Assembly (NCBI GenBank): GCA_963805085.1
Contig: CAWDTA010000002.1
Span: forward strand, 800,001-864,000
Origin: an uncultured Veillonellaceae bacterium
GTDB lineage: Bacteria; Bacillota; Negativicutes; JARBTT01
Reading direction: 5' to 3'
DNA: 64,000 bases
Both the position numbers and the translations under genes were made by a program. Shown here piece after piece: positions 1-8,273 of this stretch; position 1 is the first letter of the stretch, and each line of letters begins with the position of its first letter. The notes beneath the pieces were generated by a model. It was not told where the DNA came from. It was given only the letters and a program-made list of their open reading frames with translations, and did not search any database.

Positions 1-695
1 AACAACGGCGATATAACTCCTCCCTGAGGACTTCCGTTTTCACTTCTTTGATAGTTACCTTCACTAATGATTCCAGCCTCTAGCCATTGTCTCAATAGCT
101 TTAATATCCGGCGGTCGCTCACTCGCATTTCCACTAATTTCATGAGTTTGTCATGATTGATCGCATCAAAATATCCTTTAATGTCTGCATCAAGTACGCA
201 CCAACCTTTGTTATTGCACGCTTTTCGTACCACTTCTAATGCTTGATGTGCATTTCGTTTTGGTCGAAATCCGTAAGAGCTTTCTTTAAAGTCTGCTTCG
301 AATACCGGCTCTACGACAATTTTAACTGCCATTTGCACGATTCGGTCTTTTATTGTAGGTATTCCTAGTGGTCTTTTAGTTCCATCCGCTTTTGGGATAT
401 ACACTCTTTTCACTGGCTGTGGATGATATTTTCCTTGCATTAGCGTTTGCTGTAGCTCATTGAGAAGTTTTCCTACTCCATAGGCTTCAACCCATTCGAT
501 GCTAATGCCGTCAATCCCCCCGGTTCCGCCATTGGTTCTTACTCGTTTCCATGCCTCGGTTAATATATCTTCACGATATATTTTGTCGTAGAATGCATGA
601 AATTTTCTTTTGCTGTTTATCTTGGCTGCAAGGTATATCTTTCTTTGGAGTTGTCGAACTTTTTCTTTGGTGTTATTAGCCTTTTGGGCATTCAC
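1..695 (-). CDS. ltrA: Group II intron reverse transcriptase/maturase (runs off the window edge; absent from the ORF track)
   Basis: Manual translation from GTG at 695 (SD AGGAGGT at 704-710) gives MNAQKANNTKEKVRQLQRKIYLAAK..EAWKRVRTNGGTGGIDG..VKRVYIPKADGTKRPLGIPTIKDRIVQ..SYGFRPKR..DADIKGYFDAINH..GSPQGGVISPL, which covers RT0 to RT4. Confidence 0.95.
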   Translation of the reverse strand, partial: MNAQKANNTKEKVRQLQRKIYLAAKINSKRKFHAFYDKIYREDILTEAWKRVRTNGGTGGIDGISIEWVEAYGVGKLLNELQQTLMQGKYHPQPVKRVYIPKADGTKRPLGIPTIKDRIVQMAVKIVVEPVFEADFKESSYGFRPKRNAHQALEVVRKACNNKGWCVLDADIKGYFDAINHDKLMKLVEMRVSDRRILKLLRQWLEAGIISEGNYQRSENGSPQGGVISPL

Positions 696-1218
696 TCACT
701 CTTACCTCCTTTGAAAGCCTGAATGAAGCAGGGTTCCTTTCCTCACTATGGTTTTGTTGTCCATAGTGTTAATGGTACTATGAACCCCTCTGACTCCCTT
801 CCTACAGATTCGCAATTTCACCTTTTGGCTTATATGCTTTCTTTTTACGGTTTCCCGTGCAGGGGAGGGTCTCTCCAGTTCCGAACTGTACTTTCGATAC
901 ATGCCATCTTCTCTACACCGAAGGGTTCCTTGACGGTGCTTTCCAAGATCTTCCCGTCTTCCATGGCCTTCGCCTAAATTCCCCAGGCTCGGCTCCCTCT
1001 TGCTTCCTCGTTTACCGAGGCCCTTTTTAACGATGCGGCAAAGTTCACTTAATGTTACAGCCTATATCTTTGCTCGCCCTGCTTTTTAGACAGGTACTTT
1101 ATCCTCCCGCTTAGCACCCCGCATTTCGGCGACGCACCGGGATTTGCTACCCAGCCTCTTGGTAGTTACCGGGATGGGACTTTCACCCACTAGCACAGTC
1201 CAGCTTCGCTGGACGCGC
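1..1218 (-). mobile_element. Group II intron, 5' portion (ribozyme domains I-IV plus IEP)
   Basis: GC-richer structured RNA upstream of the RT ORF, starting GCGCGTCCAGCGAAGCTGGAC at 1218. It contains typical GAAAGTCCC, GCGAAGGC and GGAACTGGAGAGACC segments. A hairpin loop GGAATT (977-982) can pair with exon GATTTC (1219-1224). Confidence 0.88.
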
Positions 1219-1328
1219 GAAATCAAAAAAGCGCATGCGCGGGTTTTCCAACCTACACATGCGCTATACTTCATCTTGATTGCATGCAGACGCTAAGCCT
1301 CTGCCAAAACTTCAATCGTATTATACCA
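1219..1328 (-). promoter_or_regulatory. Attenuator-like leader: extended -10, hairpin, uORF MQSR*, terminator
   Basis: TGGTATAAT at 1320-1328. AGAGG (1298-1302) lies inside the hairpin GCAGAGGC-TTA-GCGTCTGC. ATG CAA TCA AGA TGA at 1285-1271, followed by the terminator. Confidence 0.5.
1225..1265 (-). terminator. Intrinsic terminator immediately upstream of the intron 5' splice site
   Basis: Minus strand reads AGCGCATGTGTAGGTT-GGAA-AACCCGCGCATGCGCT followed by a T-tract. Confidence 0.8.
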
Positions 1329-1351
1329 AGCGAACGGACTATCTCCCTTGT

Positions 1352-1378
1352 GGGACAGAGGGACAGGTTCACTGTCCC
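1352..1378 (+). repeat. REP/TIR-like palindrome flanking the RAYT (left)
   Basis: GGGACA-GAGGGACAGGTTCAC-TGTCCC lies beside the transposase stop codon and is an inverted copy of 2178-2204. Confidence 0.85.
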
Positions 1379-1379
1379 T

Positions 1380-2138
1380 CTACAATCTATCAATTACACT
1401 TTTAGAAATTCCAGTTATCCTTGCTAATTGCCTTATCGTAATGCCATCCTTTTCTTTCATCTTTCGGATTACATTATCCCGTTGCTCTTTATTTAATCGT
1501 TGCAATTGACTAATCGTTGTTATTCCCATTTCACTTAAATATTTCATTATTTCTTGATCGGATACAATCACTTTTTCTCTACAATCCAAACACTCATCTG
1601 CATTGTTTTCATTTGTATACTCTATAAATAATTTTGTCGCCGCTGCTTTGTCACTCGAAAAATTTTCTAACGCAAGCTCTATATCTGTAATACCTGGTAT
1701 ACCGACGTAATTATGATAACTACTCCACAAATATTTACTTGCATTTTGCGTAATTCTTGCTTTTACTGGATTCTGATGGATGTACCTTAAGACCATAAGA
1801 AAATACGCCTCGGTCTCTACTACTTCACTTTTATATCTTTCTTGAAACAGATGTCCACGTCGTTCATATTTTTGATTGTACCAATATACATAGCTACTAC
1901 TAATTCGTTTTATCACTTGGTCTATTGATTCTTTATTCTCTTTTATCAGCAAATGAATATGGTTATCCATCAAACAATATCCATATAGCAAATAACCGCT
2001 CAACTTCTTATAATATGCAAGCGTTTCTAAAAATCTTTGTTTGTCTTCTTCATCTTCAAATATATTTTGTTTATTGATTCCCCTACATATCAGATGATAG
2101 ATTCCCGTTTGACTTTTTACCCGAGCTTTTCTTGGCAT
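1380..2138 (-). CDS. REP-associated tyrosine transposase (HUH Y1_Tnp, RAYT/TIRYT type) with C-terminal HTH
   Basis: Motifs MPRKAR..YHLICRGINKQNIF..YCLMDNHIHLL..RRGHLFQERYKS..YIHQNPVKA..YLWSSY, with a C-terminal ITIRQLARITGISKSVI. Confidence 0.92.
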   Translation of the reverse strand: MPRKARVKSQTGIYHLICRGINKQNIFEDEEDKQRFLETLAYYKKLSGYLLYGYCLMDNHIHLLIKENKESIDQVIKRISSSYVYWYNQKYERRGHLFQERYKSEVVETEAYFLMVLRYIHQNPVKARITQNASKYLWSSYHNYVGIPGITDIELALENFSSDKAAATKLFIEYTNENNADECLDCREKVIVSDQEIMKYLSEMGITTISQLQRLNKEQRDNVIRKMKEKDGITIRQLARITGISKSVIDRL

Positions 2139-2177
2139 AGTATCACCTCAATATTAGTATAACATCTTTTTATTAGT

Positions 2178-2204
2178 GGGACAACGAACCTGTCCCCTTG
2201 TCCC
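2178..2204 (-). repeat. REP/TIR-like palindrome flanking the RAYT (right)
   Basis: Minus strand reads GGGACA-AGGGGACAGGTTCGT-TGTCCC and contains GGGGACAG. Confidence 0.85.
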
Positions 2205-2338
2205 TCTGGTCAAACATTTTAAATATTTGGAAGGATTTTGATATTCATTAGCGAAACTCTCTAATACGAATAGAAACAATTAACATTATTGGATTTTTAT
2301 GTCGTTAATTGTCAAATGATAGACAAAGAGGTGTTGTC

Positions 2339-3358
2339 GTGCGAAAAAAATTTTTAATATTGTTAACAGTATGTTTATTACTTATTTCAATTACAATGGG
2401 AGGCTGCAGCGATATGCAAAGCAAAACAATAACTGCCACAAAAAGTTACCCCAATAGACCTATTACTGTCATTGTACCTTTTAGTGCGGGAGGTGGCTTG
2501 GATCTTCTAGCCCGGTCATGGGAAAAAATGACACCTAAATATCTAGGACAACCTTTAGTTGTTGTCAACAAACCAGGCGGAGGTGGCACCATCGGTTGGA
2601 ACGAACTAGTGAACGCTAGTCCAGATGGTTATACGCTTGGTATTAGTACCGTTGACGTACTTATCCAACCCTTATATGGAACAACGAAATATCACTACCC
2701 CACTGCCTTAGAGCCTATTGCTCAAGCTACAACTTCATCATTTATAATGGTAGTCCCAGCCGAACAGCCTTGGCAAGACCTTGATGCTCTAATTAGATAT
2801 GCCAAGCAGCATCCAGGACAATTGAAATGCGGTCATGCAGGAATAGGCGGAACAGTACATATTATTGGCGAAACATTCGCCAAAATTAATGACATTACTC
2901 TTGAGCAAGTTCCCTTTCATGGCGCTAATGACGCAATGATTGCTTTGTTAGGTAACCATATTCAAATTGCTTTTGTTAATTCATCAACAGCCAAAGAACA
3001 AATAAAAAATGGTACCCTAAGAGCACTAGCAACGACAGGCGAACAGCGACTTACTGACCCAGACTTAGCACAGATACCAACATTTAAGGAGCAGGGACTT
3101 GATATTGTATTAAACAATTGGTATGGAGTAGTAGCGCCTAAAGAGCTATCGCCTGAAATCAAAACTAAGCTAGAGGAAGGATTCAAAGCAATCATTGCCG
3201 ACCCAGAATTCAAAGCTAATATGGAAAATTTAGGATTGCAAGTTGAATATTTAAGTTCCGATGACTCCAAAGAAAAATGGATCTCCGATGGTGATGAATT
3301 GGCTAAGACCATACAAGAAACTGGAATCTTAGAGCAAATCAAAGCTCAAAAAAATTAA
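2339..3358 (+). CDS. Tripartite tricarboxylate transporter substrate-binding lipoprotein (TctC/Bug family), copy 1
   Basis: YPNRPITVIVPFSAGGGLD..VVVNKPGGGGTIG..PDGYTL motifs and lipobox-like MGGC. The likely start is GTG 2339 after GAGGTG, matching copy 2. Confidence 0.92.
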   Translation: MRKKFLILLTVCLLLISITMGGCSDMQSKTITATKSYPNRPITVIVPFSAGGGLDLLARSWEKMTPKYLGQPLVVVNKPGGGGTIGWNELVNASPDGYTLGISTVDVLIQPLYGTTKYHYPTALEPIAQATTSSFIMVVPAEQPWQDLDALIRYAKQHPGQLKCGHAGIGGTVHIIGETFAKINDITLEQVPFHGANDAMIALLGNHIQIAFVNSSTAKEQIKNGTLRALATTGEQRLTDPDLAQIPTFKEQGLDIVLNNWYGVVAPKELSPEIKTKLEEGFKAIIADPEFKANMENLGLQVEYLSSDDSKEKWISDGDELAKTIQETGILEQIKAQKN

Positions 3359-3366
3359 TACTGCTA

Positions 3367-3391
3367 TGTCCAAGGGACGGGGTTGTTGACA
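3367..3391 (+). repeat. GGGACG-core palindrome (RAYT-type REP variant), present only in copy 1 of the duplication
   Basis: TGTC-CAAGGGACGGGGTTGTT-GACA. It is absent at the equivalent position after tctC copy 2. Confidence 0.6.
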
Positions 3392-3447
3392 AGAGATAAG
3401 GTGGCGCGTACTTTTATCTCAACTAAATTGTATTTAAAAACTAAAAC

Positions 3448-3483
3448 GGGGCTGTTGCACTAAGAAATTAGTATAGCAGCCCC
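3448..3483. terminator. Hairpin/terminator downstream of tctC copy 1
   Basis: GGGGCTGTTGCACTAA-GAAA-TTAGTATAGCAGCCCC. Confidence 0.7.
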
Positions 3484-3484
3484 T

Positions 3485-3663
3485 TAGAATGTAGACCTAT
3501 ACAGATAGTTGACATAAGAAAATCGTTGAATCAAAGCAACCCAGGCGAATCTTACTACCACTTAGCTTTGAAGACTTTTTGTCTGACCGCAGGGAGGTTG
3601 AAAGATTCGTCTTTTGCCGACTTGTTATTTTTGTTGTAAGTCATTTGTTTTTCTACTTTACTA
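3485..3663. repeat. MITE-like structured non-coding repeat, copy 1
   Basis: Nested inverted repeats (GGCGAATCTT/AAGATTCGTC) and degenerate ends TAGAATGTAGAC...TTCTACTTTACTA. Homologous to 5939-6156. Confidence 0.5.
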
Positions 3664-3670
3664 TAGAATC

Positions 3671-3697
3671 TTAGAAATGCGCCCCACCGCCACTAGA
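3671..3697 (-). pseudogene. bioA: Remnant of the last codons of bioA (..SSGGGAHF*)
   Basis: GGC GGT GGG GCG CAT TTC TAA versus intact bioA GGT GGG GGC GCG CAT TTC TAA, with the same downstream sequence. Confidence 0.75.
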
Positions 3698-3698
3698 A

Positions 3699-3716
3699 GA
3701 CAATTTCTCCGTCCCC
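3699..3716 (-). repeat. Half REP (GGGGACGG core plus one arm) at the duplication breakpoint
   Basis: Minus strand GGGGACGGAGAAATTGTC lies next to the bioA remnant. Confidence 0.5.
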
Positions 3717-3755
3717 TCAACAAAAAAACACATTGTAGCCAAGAACTCACCTTAA

Positions 3756-4385
3756 TTAGGCATTATTTAAAGGAAATGTCTGCGATTGAAATGCCAAAAA
3801 TATAGCGATCCATTGATCTTTTGCAGGAAAGTGAATGAAAAGTGCGCCGTCTTGATAAGGACCATTGTCTTTTTCAAATTCCCCTGTATTTCCCTGATTC
3901 ATATGAATATCGTGTATACCATTTCCGGGTTTGAAGCCGAAATATTGATCGCGAAGTTTTTCCTCTGTATCCCATCTTTGACCGAAGGCGTATACTGTTG
4001 CATCACTTGTCCGAATTGCTAAATCGATGTATTTTTCAATCAGTTCGGCCAATTCATTGTCCTCCCCTGTAATGTGGTGGGCAGTTTTCATTTTGTGGTA
4101 ATCAAAAAGATCCTTCTTGATATAGTCTAAAGCGATACTGCTTGCCTTACTTTGTAGTGCTGTAAACCCCAAAGCAAGGTCTTTAAAGTTTGCTAAAATA
4201 TCATGGCTGTAATTTTCATCAATATAGTAGAGCAACTCTGGTGGAGATTTTACTGATTTAACATTGATTGCAAGTCGATAGTCGAATTCACTATCTACAA
4301 CATGAACCTCATAGTGGGATGAATCAGCGGCATGCATTCCTTGAATAGGTTGACATTTTAACACTCCATACGATGCTATTGGCAC
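3756..4385 (-). CDS. YukJ/DUF2278 family protein
   Basis: YGVLK..HYEVHV..YRLAINVKS..LDYIK..GNGIHDIHMNQGN..DNGPYQDGALF..WIAIFLAFQSQ, with SD AGGAGAGG. Confidence 0.85.
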   Translation of the reverse strand: MPIASYGVLKCQPIQGMHAADSSHYEVHVVDSEFDYRLAINVKSVKSPPELLYYIDENYSHDILANFKDLALGFTALQSKASSIALDYIKKDLFDYHKMKTAHHITGEDNELAELIEKYIDLAIRTSDATVYAFGQRWDTEEKLRDQYFGFKPGNGIHDIHMNQGNTGEFEKDNGPYQDGALFIHFPAKDQWIAIFLAFQSQTFPLNNA

Positions 4386-4590
4386 AGTAATCCCTCTCCT
4401 TTATATCATATTATAATATTAAAGATTTATAACTGCTTACAATAAAATAATTACTTATATTTCCATTTTATTAGAAAACCGAAAAACAGTCAACGTAAAT
4501 AATATATAAATTATGGTATGTATTAATAAAGAGTGAATTACTCTGGGTTGTTATAGCAATTCGTCTATTTCTATACCTTATTAATTTCCT

Positions 4591-4629
4591 TTCGGGAAGA
4601 AGATTGGGACGTTATTGTGTCCTCCCCAA
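4591..4629 (+). repeat. GGGACG-core imperfect palindrome (RAYT-type REP variant)
   Basis: TTCGGGAAGA-AGATTGGGACGTTATTGTG-TCCTCCCCAA, with arms complementary at 8 of 10 positions. Confidence 0.5.
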
Positions 4630-4836
4630 ATTGCTCTATGATGATAGAACATATGTACAAATGTTGCTTTGATGCATATGTTCATAAAAATACAATCTTG
4701 AACAAGTGTGAAAATAATCGAATATTTGGAAGGATTTTGATATTTATTGGCGAAGTTAGATATATAAATAGGAACAATTAACATTATTGGATTATTGTGT
4801 GGTTAATTGTCAAATAGTAGACAATGAGGTGTTGTC

Positions 4837-5856
4837 GTGCAAAAAAAATTTTTAGTGTTGTTAACAGTATGTCTATTACTTATTTCACTTATAATTGGTG
4901 GCTGCAACGATATGCAAAGCAAAACAATAACTGCCACAAAAAATTACCCCAATAAACCTATTACTGTCATTGTACCTTCTAGTGCGGGAGGTGGCTTAGA
5001 TCTTCTCGCGCGGTCATTGGAAGAAATGGCACCTAAATATCTAGGACAACCATTAGTTGTTGTCAATAAACCAGGCGGAGGTGGCACCAACGGTTGGAAT
5101 GAATTGGTTAGCGCAGATCCAGATGGTTATACGCTTGGTATTAGTACCGGTGACGTACTCATCCAAACCTTATATGGAACAGCGAAATATCACTACCCCA
5201 CTGCCTTAGAGCCTATTGCTCAAGCTACAACTTCATCATTTATAATGGTAGTCCCAGCCGAACAGCCTTGGCAAGACCTTGATGCTCTAATTAAATATGC
5301 CAAGCAGCATCCAGGACAATTGAAATGCGGTCATGCAGGAATAGGCGGACCAGCACATATTATTGGCACAACATTCGCCAAAATTAATAATATTACTCTT
5401 GAACAAATTCCTTTTCATGGTGCTAATGACGCGAAGGTTGCCTTGTTAAGTAACCATATTCAAATTGCTTTTATTAATTCATCAACAGCCAAAGAACAAA
5501 TTCAAAATGGTACCCTAAGAGCGCTAGCAACGACAGGCGAACAGCGACTTAATGACCCAGACTTAGCGCAGATACCAACTTTTAAAGAACTAGGCTTTGA
5601 TATTGTATTAGCTAATTGGTATGGAGTTGTAGCGCCCAAAGAACTACCGCCAGAGATCAAAACTAAGCTAGAAGAAGGGTTTAAAGCAATGATTGCCGAT
5701 CCTAAATTCAAAGTTAATATTGAAAATTTAGGCTTGCAAGTTGAATATTTAAATTCCGATGATTCCAAAGAAAAATGGATCTCCGATGGTAATAATTTGG
5801 CTAAAACAATGCAAGAAACTGGAATCTTAGAACAAATCAAAGCTCGAAAAAATTAA
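4837..5856 (+). CDS. TctC/Bug family substrate-binding lipoprotein, copy 2
   Basis: Close paralogue of 2339-3358, with lipobox-like IGGC. Confidence 0.93.
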   Translation: MQKKFLVLLTVCLLLISLIIGGCNDMQSKTITATKNYPNKPITVIVPSSAGGGLDLLARSLEEMAPKYLGQPLVVVNKPGGGGTNGWNELVSADPDGYTLGISTGDVLIQTLYGTAKYHYPTALEPIAQATTSSFIMVVPAEQPWQDLDALIKYAKQHPGQLKCGHAGIGGPAHIIGTTFAKINNITLEQIPFHGANDAKVALLSNHIQIAFINSSTAKEQIQNGTLRALATTGEQRLNDPDLAQIPTFKELGFDIVLANWYGVVAPKELPPEIKTKLEEGFKAMIADPKFKVNIENLGLQVEYLNSDDSKEKWISDGNNLAKTMQETGILEQIKARKN

Positions 5857-5901
5857 TACTGCTATGTTAAAGGTATTAAATTGTAATTAAAGAATAAAAC
5901 T

Positions 5902-5937
5902 GGGGCTGTTGCACTAAGAAATTAGTGTAGCAGCCCC
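5902..5937. terminator. Hairpin/terminator between convergent tctC2 and bioA
   Basis: GGGGCTGTTGCACTAA-GAAA-TTAGTGTAGCAGCCCC. Confidence 0.7.
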
Positions 5938-5938
5938 T

Positions 5939-6156
5939 TAGAATGTAGACCTATAAGAGATAAGTTGACATAAGAAAATCGTTCAATTAAGGCAACACAG
6001 ATGAATCTTACTACCACGTAGCTTTGAAAGCTTTTTGTCTGACCGCAGGAATTTTAGCCTTCATTGCGATTTTCAAATCACCACTACCTTGAGATTCGTC
6101 TCTTGCCGACTTGCTGATTTTCGTTGTCAATTTATCTGTTTTTCTACTATATACTA
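5939..6156. repeat. MITE-like structured non-coding repeat, copy 2
   Basis: Long inverted repeat GATAAGTTGACATAAGAAAATC (5959-5980) / GATTTTCGTTGTCAATTTATC (6116-6136), with an inner GAATCTTA/TGAGATTC pair. Confidence 0.55.
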
Positions 6157-6163
6157 TAGAATC

Positions 6164-7540
6164 TTAGAAATGCGCGCCCCCACCATTAGCAGCAGTTTGC
6201 CCTTGGTTGGTGATTTCATCAATAGACTTATAAATAATATCAAGCATCACTTCTATTTCCTCCACACTTGAGCAAAGCGGTGGCATAAATACAACTACAT
6301 CCCCAACTGGGCGGATAAATAATCCATGTTCCCGGGCTTTCATACAGACAACAGCCCCCATACATTTATCCCATGCATAAGGAATATACTGCGCCTTCTC
6401 CTGCATCAATTCTATACCAACAATCATGCCCCGTTGCCGAGCCTCACCAACATGCGTAAGTTCTGCTATCTTAGTTAATTTTTCAGCAATCACTTGCATC
6501 TTTTCTTGCAATCCTTCGATCACGTGCTCATCTTTAAATATTTTTAAGCTGGCAACGCCCGCCGCGCAAGCAAGCTGATTCGCCGTATAGGAATGCCCAT
6601 GATAAAAGGTTTTCTTTTCTTCCATATCACCTAAAAAGGTATCATAAATTTCATCTGTCGTCATTGTCGCGGCAAGTGGCATATATCCGCCCGTAATTCC
6701 CTTGGATATACACATTAAATCAGGACTGACACATTCATTATCACAAGCAAACATCCTGCCTGTCCTGCCAAAACCTGTTGCTACTTCATCCGCGATTAAG
6801 AGTACATTATATTTTTTCGTTAGTTCACGTACACGTTTTAAATAGCCTGCTGGAGCCATTAGCATGCCTGCGGCTGCCTGCACCATTGGCTCGATGATGA
6901 GCCCTGCGATTTTGTCATGATTTTCTTTCAATACCACTTCTAAAATCGCTGCGCATTGCATATGACAATCGCAGTTTTGCGTTAATTTACAATGATAACA
7001 CGATGGCGATGGCACATGATATGGTTCAAATAATAAAGGCTTAAATACGCGATGAAATAGATCAATGCCCCCTACACTCACAGTACCAATTGTATCGCCA
7101 TGATAGGCATTGCTTAAGGCAATAAATTTTGTTTTTTCGCTTTTTCCTTTATGCTGCCAATATTGAAATGCCATTTTAATTGCCACTTCAACGGCAGTTG
7201 AGCCATCATCAGAATAAAAAACTTTGTTTAATCCCTCTGGTGATACCTCAACCAACATTTCTGCAAACTCTGTTGCTGGTACATTCGCCAGACCCAATGC
7301 TGTACTATGGGCAACTTTACCTAATTGGTCAATAATAGCTTGGTCAATTTTCGGATGACGATGTCCATGAATATTTACCCAAAGTGAAGATACCCCATCG
7401 TAATATTCCTTGCCTTCACTATCGATCAATTTGATTCCTTTTGCTTCAGTAATCACTGTTTGATCATTCTCTAACCACCCCTTCATTTGTGTAAAAGGAT
7501 GCCAAATATACTCTTTATCTTTTTGTTCGATTGTAGCCAT
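6164..7540 (-). CDS. bioA: 7,8-diaminopelargonate aminotransferase (BioA/BioK)
   Basis: IWHPFTQM, YDGVSSLWVNIHGH, YHGDT, LIADEVATGFGRTG and ISKGITGGY motifs. Start ATG 7540 follows GGAGG. Confidence 0.95.
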   Translation of the reverse strand: MATIEQKDKEYIWHPFTQMKGWLENDQTVITEAKGIKLIDSEGKEYYDGVSSLWVNIHGHRHPKIDQAIIDQLGKVAHSTALGLANVPATEFAEMLVEVSPEGLNKVFYSDDGSTAVEVAIKMAFQYWQHKGKSEKTKFIALSNAYHGDTIGTVSVGGIDLFHRVFKPLLFEPYHVPSPSCYHCKLTQNCDCHMQCAAILEVVLKENHDKIAGLIIEPMVQAAAGMLMAPAGYLKRVRELTKKYNVLLIADEVATGFGRTGRMFACDNECVSPDLMCISKGITGGYMPLAATMTTDEIYDTFLGDMEEKKTFYHGHSYTANQLACAAGVASLKIFKDEHVIEGLQEKMQVIAEKLTKIAELTHVGEARQRGMIVGIELMQEKAQYIPYAWDKCMGAVVCMKAREHGLFIRPVGDVVVFMPPLCSSVEEIEVMLDIIYKSIDEITNQGQTAANGGGAHF

Positions 7541-7544
7541 GTTT

Positions 7545-8273
<729 letters not shown>

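Larger units (their letters stand above)
2222..3697. repeat. Diverged duplicate (copy 1) of ~4721-6190: promoter, tctC, hairpin, structured repeat, bioA 3' end
   Basis: Collinear homology from AATATTTGGAAGGATTTTGATATT through CTATAGAATCTTAGAAATGCGC in both copies. Confidence 0.92.

Noticed and set aside
702-1274. Short ORFs 702-902, 723-977 and 1086-1274
   Set aside because: They overlap the group II intron ribozyme and the upstream leader, and show no protein-family features.
2962-5840. Similar antisense ORFs 2962-3342 and 5502-5840
   Set aside because: They are shadows of the duplicated tctC genes, so their similarity follows from the duplication.
3614-6271. ORFs 3614-3805, 4581-4784 and 6035-6271
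   Set aside because: They run across non-coding repeats and gene ends, lack an SD and are not conserved in frame between the copies.
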